Origin: Macrostomum lignano | Lineage: Eukaryota | Direction: 5' to 3' | Length of the DNA: 64,000 nucleotides | Assembly (NCBI GenBank): GCA_002269645.1 | Contig: NIVC01003077.1 | Span: 1 to 64,000 of the forward strand | Shown: positions 34,501 through 46,500 of the stretch, piece by piece | Position numbering within the stretch: position 1 is the first letter of the stretch | Layout of the letters: the number at the start of each line of letters is the position of its first letter | Program-made: the position numbers and the translations under genes | The notes under the pieces: model-generated | What the model saw: only the letters and a program-made list of their open reading frames with translations | What the model was told of the DNA's origin: nothing | Databases searched by the model: none

Positions 34501-37500
34501 CCACTAGTAGAGTCATTAGCAATATCGTTAGTAGGATCATTAGCAAAACCATTAGCAGGATCGTTAGCAAGACCATTAGTAGGATCATTAGCAAAACCAT
34601 TAGCAGGATCATTAGCACGACCATTAGTAGGATCATTAGCAAGACCATTAGTAGGATCGTTAGCACGACCATTAGTAGGATCATTAGCAAGACCATTAGT
34701 AGGATCGTTAGCAAGACCATTAGTAGGATCATTAGCAAAACCATTAGTAGGATCGTTAGCAAGACCATTAGTAGGATCATTAGCACGACCATTAGTAGGA
34801 TCATTAGCAAGACCATTAGTAGGATCGTTAGCAAAACCATTAGTAGGATCGTTAGCAAAACCATTAGCAGGATCATTAGCACGACCATTAGTAGGATCAT
34901 TAGCAAAACCATTAGCAGGATCATTAGCACGACCATTAGTAGGATCATTAGCAAGACCATTAGTAGGATCGTTAGCAAGACCATTAGTAGGATCATTAGC
35001 AAAACCATTAGTAGGATCGTTAGCAAGACCATTAGTAGGATCATTAGCACGACCATTAGTAGGATCATTAGCAAGACCATTAGTAGGATCGTTAGCAAAA
35101 CCATTAGTAGGATCGTTAGCAAAACCATTAGCAGGATCATTAGCACGACCATTAGTAGGATCATTAGCAAGACCATTAGTAGGATCGTTAGCAAGACCAT
35201 TAGTAGGATCATTAGCAAGACCATTAGTAGGATCATTAGCAAAACCATTAGTAGGATCATTAGCAAGACCATTAGTAGAATCGTTAGCAAGACCATTAGT
35301 AGGATCATTAGCAAGACTATTTGTAGAATCATTAGCAAGAACATTAGTAGGATCATTAGCAAGACCTTTAGTAGGATCATTAGCAAGACCATTAGTAGGA
35401 TCACTAGCAAGATCATTAGTAGGATCATTAGCAAGACTATTAGTAGGATCATTAGCAAGACTATTTGTAGAATCATTAGCAAGACCACTAGTAGGGCAAT
35501 CGGCCATTGAATAGTGAATAGTATTCAATTCTCGCTTACAGTCGTGAAGCTCAAACGTAAACTAACGCAAAAACATTTCAGAGGTCATCGCCGAGCCGGT
35601 GATCCCCGAGTCGCCGCCGCAGCTGGTGCAGAAGTTTCCGTCTCAGATCAAGTGCCCGCCAGGCGCCACAGCCAAGCTGGAGGTGCAAATTGGCGGCCAC
35701 CCGAAGCCGACTTTCGAATGGTACCTGAACGGCAGGGCCATTAAGACGTCGAAGAAGCACGAGATTGTTGAGAACCAGGGCAGCGTCACGCTGCTCATTT
35801 ACAATGTACAAGCCAACGATGCCGGGGCCTACATCCTGAAGGTGCAAAACGACCTGGGCGTGACCACCTGCAAGACTCACCTCACTGTCGATATGCACCA
35901 GGCGCATATTAACATTCCGTTCAGCGAACTCAAACAAAAACAGCAGTCAAAGATGACTTTTCACATCGATAAGGTGCCTCTGCAACAGCTTGTAAACCTA
36001 ATGTCGTCCGTTGAGTTCTCGCTGAAGTTCCTGCAACCGCTTGCTGAACAGTATCGCGTACCTGAGAACAAGACCACTTCCCTCTACTGTGAAGTGCAAT
36101 CCGAGCCCCCGGCTCAGTTCAAATGGTTCGTCAACGGCATCGAAATTATGCCGTCCAATCACGACTTCAAGGTGCACACGAAGCGCAACGTGTCGGAGCT
36201 GAAGATGCTCCAGCTGCGACAGCAGCCGCACGAAAAGACAGAGCTGGTGGTCGAGGCCGCCACACCCCGCGGAAAAATCACCAGCGTCGCTCAGGTAATC
36301 GTATCGAAGGAGGCCAGCGATCTTGAGACATTCACGTCGTCGGCGACAATCACGCCCACTTTCAAGATGCCGCTAAAGCCTGTGGTGGTGACGCAGCCCA
36401 AGAAGGCTACAGTGCTCGAAGTTGAGGTTGAGGCGCACCCGCCAGCGGACTTTCGTTGGTTTAAGAACGGCATCGAAATTACGCCGTCGCAGAAGTTCGA
36501 GATTCGCCGGCCATCGCAGCACCGGTCAGAACTGCACATCCGGTCGGCTGACCTGTCGGACATGGGCCAGTACACGGTCGAGGCTACGTCGGCCATCGGC
36601 CGGGCCACCTGCAACACCGTGCTGCAGGTTGGCGATGAGCTGGCCGAGCCGGCGCTGGTTACGGAAGAGGTCCGCCTACAGCAGGTGTCAGCCCTGCACA
36701 ATGTAATCCGCGCTCTGAAGCGATCCACCGCGTTGCTGTTCTGCAGCGTCACCGGTACCCAAGAGCCGGTCAGCTTCCGCTGGTTAGTGCAAGGCGAAGA
36801 GGTACAGCAATCCGACAAGTTCGCCATCAAATCGGATGGCCATCGATCCGAACTAGCAATAAGAAAGGTTGACGAATCAGATGTTGGTGATTATATATGC
36901 GAGGTGACCTCGTCGATCGGCCAGGTGCAAGCTGTTACCAAGCTCGAGGTAATTGAAGAGGAGACCACTGGAGAAACCGCATCCGTAGAGCCACAAACGG
37001 TTGTTGCTTCGCAAGAGTCGCCAGCCTTCGTGCAACCTCTGACAGATATGCAAGTGTACGACGGCGATGAAGTTGTACTGAAGTGCTCCGTCAGTGGGTC
37101 TAAACCCATCAAGGTTGCATGGTACCACGACGACAAAGACATCACCAACGCCGAGGACTTTGTCATCAGCTTTGACGAGGAGTCTGGAGTCGCGTCGCTG
37201 GTTATTGTCGAAGTGTTCCCAGAGGATCGTGGCGTGTACAAATGCGTGGTTGAAAACGTACACGGAAAGTCAGAGACTCAAGCTTTATTGCAAGTAGTAG
37301 CCCAAGAGCCCGCAGCTGAGGAATCAGCAGCGCCGATGGAGACAGCAGCTACGGAGGTTGAGGCAGCGATTGATCAGGTGGATTCAGCTCAGATGGAGAC
37401 TGCCGCCACTGAGGAAGCTGTGCAGGTGCATGAGGCGCCTGCAGAAGAAAAGCCAACTGTCCTGGCCGAATGGGAGACTTGGGAGAAGATTGAAGACAGC

Positions 37501-40500
37501 GCAGAGGCAACACTGGCGCCGAAAGAAAAGCGATTAGACCAGGCGGAGCTGCTGGCAGCATTCGACACCCCCTTTGAATTGCCAACTGAGACCGAGACTG
37601 AGACCGAGCCAGTTGAAGAGGATCAACTCGTGTCGGTCCAGGTGCCCCTCAAAGAAGCGGCTATTGACTTCGATCGCATTTTCGGTGCTCCAAAGGAGGA
37701 TGAAGAAGCGGCTCCCATGGAAACGGCGCCTGTGGTTGAAGAAGCGCCAAAGACAATGGAAGCCACGGTTGAAGCTGAAGCCGATGTCACAGCTGTGGCG
37801 CAAGAGGAGGCGCCCGTTCACATTGACACATCAGACGACATCAAGGAGGGAAAACTAGAAGAGGTGATCCCAATGGACACTCAAAGTGTAGACCTGTTCT
37901 TTGAAGAGCCACTGCCGAAAGAGATGCTTGCCGTCATTGGCGAGGATGTAACGTAAGTTTTATGTTGGATGAACGTACTCGTAGCTCGTATTTAGTGTAA
38001 AAGAAAGAATTCTAAAGTTCTTGACTGTACTCAAAAATAAACATTTTCTAGGTGCTGAATTTACGACTTTCACAATACCCACATCAATTTAAATATGCTT
38101 TGTTAATTCTTTTCAGTCTCCAGTGCCTTGTTCTTGGCACCCAGCCAATCGAGGTGTGCTGGCTATTCGAGAATCAGGTTGTTGCCCCCAGCAACAGGGT
38201 TCAAATTGAATACTCAGCCGACAGTGGCGTGTGCCTCTTGAAGATTCACCGAGTAACGCTGCAGGATAGCGGAGAGTACGTATGCGAAGCCACTAATATT
38301 GCCGGCACCGATGAAACGTTCTGCGTTCTGACTGTCACAAGTAATTCTATTTCATATTGTTTGCATTAAACGTATTCGCAAGTCCAGGTTTTAGGGGAGC
38401 TTGGGAGTTGGGTTACTCTACTAGTTGAATAGAAAATATGCTAAAACTAATTTCTAAACCCTAAAACTACGCAACCCTTTATTAGATACCGAAACCGGCC
38501 AGACTGAAGTTGTCGACTTCGAAGTATCCGAGGACGTTGCTGACGCAGAGCTGAAGGCGGCCAGCGTCGGTCAGGAGCAGCAGTCGGAAGCCCTAGCCAG
38601 CAGCGAGCAACCCGAGTCGCAAGCAGCTCCGCAACAGGCAACCTTGGCCGAAGAGAAGGCAGAAGACGTTCTGGAGGCCACCCAGGAGATGACCGAGTCG
38701 GAACTGGTGCCTCCCGTGTTTGAATGGGCTCTGCAGCCGCTGAAAGTGATGGATGGCGAGGAAGTGAAGTTGACATGCATTCTGCGCGCTAATCCGATGC
38801 CGCTAATGGTCATCTGGTACAAAGACGATGAAATCATTGAAGAAAGTAACGATATTGAAGTGTTTTATAGTCCAGAGACGGGTGAGTGCGAGCTATGGAT
38901 TAGCGAAGCATTTCCAGAGGATACCGGTACATACAAAGTGGTTGCCACAACACCGTACGGTAAGGCGATCACAGAAGCAAACCTCACAGTCGAGCAGTAC
39001 GAGTACGTCTCTTCTGCAGCACCTTCGTCGCATGGATCGCTAGGTGAGGAGCTTCAAGAAGGCCCCGTGCCGCTGCAAGAGGCCGTTGTGGAAGAGGCGC
39101 CAATGCAGGAGATTTCTCGAGTCGAAGAAGTCCGAATCGAGAGCTCGCCCGAAGCGGCTACCGCAGCTACCGCAGTTTCAGACACAGTCGAAGTGCTCGC
39201 GAGCTCCGCTGTGTCTGCAGCAGCGGAGGCAACCGAGGACGCGAGTGTCTTTGAAGCCGAAGTGACTGAATCGGCTACTCAGCAAGAAGAAGAGTTTACA
39301 CTCGACGCGACAGCTGAAACCACTGAAAAAGCAACTATGAAGGCTTCGGCGACCCTCAAAGAAGAAACCCAGCCTGAGGAGACAACATTCGAAGCCGATG
39401 CAGGTGTGGAAGAGTTTAGTGCAACTTCTACGGCAGAAGTGGAAGCTCCAAAAGCTGAACAGGAAGCACAGGCTTTTGTGACTCAGGAGTTAGAGGAGCA
39501 ACAACCACTGGATTCAACAGAAGCCGACATGGCACCAGTAGAGGAGATACAAGCAGAAGCCGAAGAAACCATGGATAGCAAAGCTACCCCAGTTGTTCAG
39601 GAGCCGCAGCAGTACGTCAGTCATGAAATTGTTGAGGAGCAACCGGTTGATGCAACTGCTGATGAAGTTGCACCTGTCGAAGAACTTCAAGCGGAACCTG
39701 AAGAGACCCTTGACAGCAAAGCCGCACCAGCTGTTCAGGAGCCGCAGCAGTACGTCAGTCATGAAATTGTTGAGGAGCAACCGGTTGATGCAACTGCTGC
39801 TGAAGTTGCACCTATCGAGGAGCTACAAGCAGAGGCCGAAGAAACCATGGATAGCAAGGCTACCCCAGTTGTTCAGGAGCCGCAGCAGTACGTCAGCCAC
39901 GAAGTTGTTGAGGAGCAACCGGTTGATGCCACCAGCAACCAAATAAATAATCCGCCGCCGGCGAACCAACCTGTTAACCTGCACATTATTCAGATCAACC
40001 TGCACCACGCCCTTGCAGCATCTAGCAACCTTTCAGGCACCTTTGCCAACAAGGAAGTTGACATCTACCTTATTCAGGAACCGTATACCCGCAAGGGGAA
40101 GCCGACCTGCCTGCCGCCAGGCTATCAGGTTCTGTACCTCTGCGCGAACGACACCCCCAGAGCTATCGCCCTCGTCAAAAACGACCTCCCGGCCACTATT
40201 ATGCCAATGTTTTGCTCTAAAGACATGTGTACTTTCTCAGTCTTTGACTTGACCTTCGTTTCCGCTTACCTGGACATTCAGGAGGACGTCCCTCCCCCCC
40301 TCCTGCAGGAGCTGGCGGACTTCTGTAATCTCCAGGATCGGAAGCTTATCGTTAGCTGCGATGCTAACGCCCACAACACTGCCTGGTCTAGTAGCGATAC
40401 TAACAGGCGCGGTGACTTACTAATTGATTTCATTAACTCCTCCTCGTTACACATTTGCAACAGAGGCAGCAAACCCACATTTATTGTCTCTAATCGGCGT

Positions 40501-43500
40501 GAGGTTATCGACCTCACTCTCGTCTCCAACAACGCCCTCAATCAGGTCCACAGCTGGCTGGTTAGGGATGACCTCCCATCGCTTTCCGACCACTCGTACA
40601 TTCAGTACAGCATCAGCTCCGTCGGAGCCCGTCATGAGAACCGGGACCGCCTTAATTTGAAAAAGGCCGACTGGACAGGTTTTCGAAGAGACCTGCTAAA
40701 ACTCCTGACCGAAGCCAACTTACCGGACTCCAGCGAGGATCTCCCTGGCATTGAGCATCGGTGCAACTCCCTCGTTGAGATCCTAAACACCGCCATACGC
40801 GCTAACGCCCCTAAGCTGTTTTGCAGGAAGAAATACTCTCCTTGGTGGAGTCAAGAGCTCACTCGCATGAAGAAAAACACCCGCCGACTGCAACGCCTCG
40901 CAAACGGCTCGAATACCCCAGAGGATTGGGAGAACTACCACTCTGCTCTGAGGATGTACAAAAGTGCTATCCGAAGGGCTAAGAAGACCACCTGGAAAGC
41001 CTACTGCGCCGGCCTGGAAGGGCAACACCCCACAGCCCGGCTGGTCAGGACTCTCAGGCACGACACGCTAGCTCAGTGTAACTCCCTTCTGCACCTGGAT
41101 GGTAACTACACTACCAGTGCCGAAGGTTCGCTAAATCTTCTTTTCTCCACCTGCTTTCCGCAGGTTGACGAACCGGAGTACGTGGTCGATGACCACAGGC
41201 CTTGTGATCACAAGCTTTTCCAGCAGTGCGCCACCCCCAGCTACTCCAGCTGGCAGCAAATTCTTTTAAACCGTATAAATCGTCTGGCCCTGACAATATC
41301 GCCCCCTGTATCCTGCAGGAGGCGCTAAAGCTGCAAAACTTTGCTGATTCTTTCTCTAAATTGCTTGTTGACTGTTATACCACAGGTTACATTCCCACAA
41401 TCTGGAGAATGTCCAGAGTCGTGTTCATCCCGAAACCTGCTAAGGGTGACTACACCAACGTGAAATCCTTCCGGCCCATCAGCCTCACTTCCTTTTGTGT
41501 TAAGCTGATGGAGAGGCTCATCCTGTGGAGGCTTCGAGAGTGCGACCTGCGCTCCGACCCTGTCAGTAAGTACCAGTACGCCTTCCAGCCTGGGAGGACG
41601 ACTGAGCATGCTCTCCACGCCATTACCTCCAAAATTGAGAGTGCCATCCTTAGCAAACAACTCGCTTGCGGGTTGTTCGTTGACTTCGAAGGAGCATTTG
41701 ACAATGTCCTCTTCCGCTCCTTCAGAAATTCTCTTTCCCGCAGGAATGTAAGACACAGCATTGTTCGCTGGATTTATTTTATGATCCGCAAAAGGTTTGT
41801 GACATCCACACTTATGGGCGTTACCCTCACCCGGGCGGTGATGAAAGGCGGCCCGCAAGGTGGCGTGCTAACTCCACTTCTCTGGAATCTCGTCATGGAC
41901 GAACTTCTAACCGCTGACATTCCCAGCAGTATCACCAGGGCGGGCTACGCCGATGACGTTGCCGCGGTCGTCAGCGGACCCGACCCCGCCACTCTGCGCA
42001 ACCTGATGCAGCAATTCGCCGACAAGGCGGCCGACTGGGCTACACAGCATGGCCTAAAAATCAGCGTCACTAAGACTGTCGCTGTCGTTTTCACCAAGCG
42101 CCGTAAATGGGAGATGAAAAACCTCACTGTCTATGGCAGAAACATCCCCTTCAAGAAGGAGGTCAAATACCTCGGTGTGACGCTAACGCATGACCTGCGC
42201 TGGACGAAGCACCTTGATAACGTCATCGGTCGGGCAAAACGCTGCTTTGCCCAGCTGCGCAGAGCCATCGGGCCGACTTGGGGCCTCTCGCCTAGAACGG
42301 TCCGTTGGATTTATACCGGCATCATCCGGCCCAGTATCACATACGCGAGTCTCATCTGGACTAGCGTGCTGGAGCAGAAGGCCGCCCGTCAGCGGCTGTA
42401 CCAGCTTCAGGGCAGCATTTGCCGTGCCATCACAGGTGCGTACCCGTCCACCCCTTACGAGGGGCTGAACACTATCCTTAACCTACCTCCGCTTCACCTA
42501 TTTATTAGGGCGGAGGCTATGAAGTCTGCCTCCCGGCTTATCAGAGATAAAACGTTAAATAACGCGCCCTCTGGCTTTATGCCAATGAAAACATTAATCC
42601 CGCATATGGACTTTGTCCGCCGCGACCTTAACAACATCCACATGGACCTGGGCAATGTGGATAGTCGACCTCCCGCCCTCAACATCAGGAGGGGCTTCAA
42701 GACCGCCATCCCTGGCCGAGACAACATTCCGCTGGATGTCGGTGTGAACCGGCGCAGCCAGGGCATTCACTGCTTCACCGACGGCTCGCTGTTCAACGGC
42801 CGCGCTGGAGCGGGTATTGCCATTTTCCACGAGGGTAAGATGCTTCTCCAGGAAAGTCTGCACCTCGGTGAGAACACCTCAGTTTTCCAAGCTGAAATTT
42901 GCGCCATTGAGCAGTGTGCCCAGCAACTGTTTCAGGCGAACATTAATAATTTTGACATTAATTTCTACACTGATAGCCAAGCTGCTATTAAGGCCTTAAC
43001 CACTGAGAATATCTCCGCTGCTACAGTATCTCAATGCCACCGCAGTGTGCAATCTCTCTCAGTCCTTAACAGGATTAGAATTATCTGGACACCTGGTCAC
43101 AGCAACATCCTGGGCAACGAGCTCGCGGACTCTCTCGCCAAGGAGGGCAGCAACCCAGACGGCAACCACCGTCTGATGAGGCTACCCACCCCCAGGTCGC
43201 AAGTCACCCGCCATATCAACAGGTGGCTCCATCAGCAGCACCAGCTCCACTGGAACAGCTGCACCGAGTACAGGCAGAGCCGCTCTGCCATGCCTAACCT
43301 GAACAGGAAAGTCTCTGATTATCTGATTTCGCTTAACAGAACCGACCTCAGGGAGATGTGCATGGTCCTAACCGGCCACGGATTCTTCCAGAGACATATA
43401 TCGTTGCAAACCGGTTGCCCTCCCACCTGTCCCTTCTGTGGCATAGGAGAGGAGACCGCGGAGCATCACGTCACCTTCTGCCCTTACTTCAACAAGGCGC

Positions 43501-46500
43501 GGCACAAATACCTCGGCCACCCCCAGCGGATGGACGAGCTGACCACCGCGGACAATATCCGAGACCTCCGCGCCTTCGTCCGGGACTCCGGCCGGATGAG
43601 GGTCGCCGATGCCTCCACTGCGGACCTGCCGACTACTGGCGGGGACTGGGCGCACCCCCAAGGCTAATCCTTGTGCTCTTTTACCTTGGGGTTGCGATAG
43701 GGGCCTCGCGGCCTATTCGCGGCGCCTGCGCCCCCCGTCAGTAGTAAGCAGTAGTAAGTAACCGGTTGATGCAACTGCTGCTGAAGTTGCACCTATCGAG
43801 GAGCTACAAGCAGAGGCCGAAGAAACCATGGATAGCAAGGCTACCCCAGTTGTTCAGGAGCCGCAGCAGTACGTCAGCCACGAAGTTGTTGAGGAGCAAC
43901 CGGTTGATGCAACTTCTGATGAAGTTGCACCTGTCGAAGAACTTCAAGCGGAACCTGAAGAGACCCTTGACAGCAAAGCCACACCAACTGTTCAGGAGCC
44001 GCAGCAGTACGTCAGTCATGAAATTGTTGAGGAGCAACCGATTGATGCAACTGCTGCTGAAGTTGCACCTGTCGAAGAACTTCAAGCGGAACCTGAAGAG
44101 ACCCTTGACAGCAAAGCCGCACCAGCTGTTCAGGAGCCGCAGCAGTACGTCAGTCATGAAATTGTTGAGGAGCAACCGGTTGATGCAACTGCTGATGAAG
44201 TTGCACCTGTCGAAGAACTTCAAGCGGAACCTGAAGAGACCCTTGACAGCAAAGCCGCACCAGCTGTTCAGGAGCCGCAGCAGTACGTCAGTCATGAAAT
44301 TGTTGAGGAGCAACCGGTTGATGCAACTGCTGATGAAGTTGCACCTGTCGAAGAACTTCAAGCGGAACCTGAAGAGACCCTTGACAGCAAAGCCGCACCA
44401 GCTGTTCAGGAGCCGCAGCAGTACGTCAGTCATGAAATTGTTGAGGAGCAACCGGTTGATGCAACTGCTGCTGAAGTTGCACCTATCGAGGAGCTACAAG
44501 CAGAGGCCGAAGAAACCATGGATAGCAAGGCTACCCCAGTTGTTCAGGAGCCGCAGCAGTACGTCAGTCATGAAATTGTTGAGGAGCAACCGGTTGATGC
44601 AACTGCTGCTGAAGTTGCACCTGTCGAAGAACTTCAAGCGAAACCTGAAGAGACCCTTGACAGCAAAGCCGCACCAACTGTTCAGGAGCCGCAGCTCTAC
44701 ATCACGCAGGAAGTTGCCGAAGAGGCTGCAGTTGATGCGACTGCCACTGAGGTCGCGCCGATCGAAGAACAGACTGTCCAATCCGATGATACACTTGATA
44801 CCAAAACAAATATCACTGCACAAGAGGCACAGCACTACGTCACTCAGGAAGTGGCGGAAGAACAGCCTGAAGAGTCCTTTTCAGAAGGCATACAAGAGAA
44901 ACAGTCGACTACCGCTGCCATTCAAGAAGAGATGCCTGCCGACCAAAGTGCTGCCGAGGTGCAAGAGGCCCAACAATACGTCACTCAAGAGGTAGCTGAT
45001 GAAACTCCAGTGGACGTTGCTTCAGTAGAACTTGCACCAGTTGAAGAGCAAAAGGCTGAAGGTGAAGAAACTCTCGCTGCCCCAGCTAAGCCAGAAGTTC
45101 AAGAAGCTCAGCAGTATGTAACTCAAGAGGTAGCTGAGGAGCAATCTGAAGACACTGTCACGCAGGACCTTCAAGAGAAGACTCCAGCTGTTGCTGCTGT
45201 ACAAGAGGAACTACCAGCCGATGCTACAACAACTGAAGTTTCTGCCGTCGAAGAGATTCAATTAGAATCTGAGGAGACTACCGATGCGCAAGCGACTTCT
45301 ACGATGCAACAAGCTCAGCAGTACCAAACTCAAGAGGTCGCTGAAGACTTCTCACTGGAAGAAGCTTCGACAGAAACCGAACAGAAGCACGAAGAGCCCG
45401 TTGCCGCTGAGCCAGTAGAAGTAGAAGAAGTCAAAGGCGATAAGAGCGTCCAGCTTCAGCCGACCAGTACAACCGAGCAAGAAGAGGCTCTCCCGATAGA
45501 GGAAGTCGGAGACATGGAGGCGAAGAAGCCGCTGCTTGTAAAAGAAGACAAAGAAGAAGTTCCAGAAGAGTCTCTGGTAGAGCAGCAGCTTCAGGAGATG
45601 CAACTCAAACCTGCAGAAGAAACTTCGAAAATGGAAGCTGCATCAGCAGCAACTGAAAGCGAAAAGGCAGAAGTTCTTACTGCTGAAAGCTCTGAGGAAA
45701 CTGCGGCTGATGCCAGCATTCAGCTAGAGTCAGAAGCTACAGTTGAAGAGGAATTTTCTGCTGAAATTACTGCCACAGAAGTTGCTCCAGTAAAAGAGAT
45801 GCATGTAGAAGCTGAGCAAACTCTCGAAAGTGAAGCGACCTCCACGGTCCAGGAGGCTGCAAATTTTGAAAGCCAAGAAGCGACTGAAGAACTAAAAATG
45901 GATGTTGCATCTGCTGAGATGGCTCCCATTGAGGAGAAGCAAGCTGTTTCTGAAGAAACTGTAGAAAACAAAGCCGCTTCTACTGTTCAAAAGCCGCAAG
46001 AGTATGTTACTCAAGAAGTTACTGAAGAAGCTTCTGTGGATACCCTGGAAGCCAAAGTTGCACCAATCGAAGAGCTGCAGGCTGAGTCACAAGAAACTGC
46101 CCAAGCAGAAGCGGCATCAACCAAAGAGGTTGCGCAACAATACGTGACTCATGAGGTTGCAGAGGAAGCCCCAGTAGATGTCACAGCTGATGTTGCGCCA
46201 GTTGAAGAAAAACAAGCTGAGACCAAGGAGACGCTTGATGCCAAGGCTGAGTCAACTGTTCAAAAAGTTCAGGAATACGTCACTCATGAAGTAACCGAAG
46301 AAGCACCTGTAGATGTCGCAACTGACGAACTGTCACTGGTTGAGGAGCAGAAGGCAGAAGCTGAAGAAACACTCGCTACCCCAGCTAAGCCAGAAGTTCA
46401 AGAAGCTCAGCAGTATGTAACTCAAGAGGTAGCTGAGGAGCAACCTGAAGACACTGTCACGCAGGGCCTTCAAGAGAAGACTCCAGCTGTTGCTGCTGTA

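Larger units (their letters stand above)
39503..44700 (+). repeat. Coding 138-bp (46-aa) tandem array, about 10 near-identical units, split by the retroelement
   Basis: Unit [46 protein letters not shown]; period 138 measured (39601 to 39739; 44101 to 44239). Confidence 0.95.

Noticed and set aside
43725-43772. Precise splicing-out of the retroelement using AG sites in its 3' tail
   Set aside because: In the titin frame the junction reads TAA-CCG, and I found no acceptor that restores the frame without a stop.
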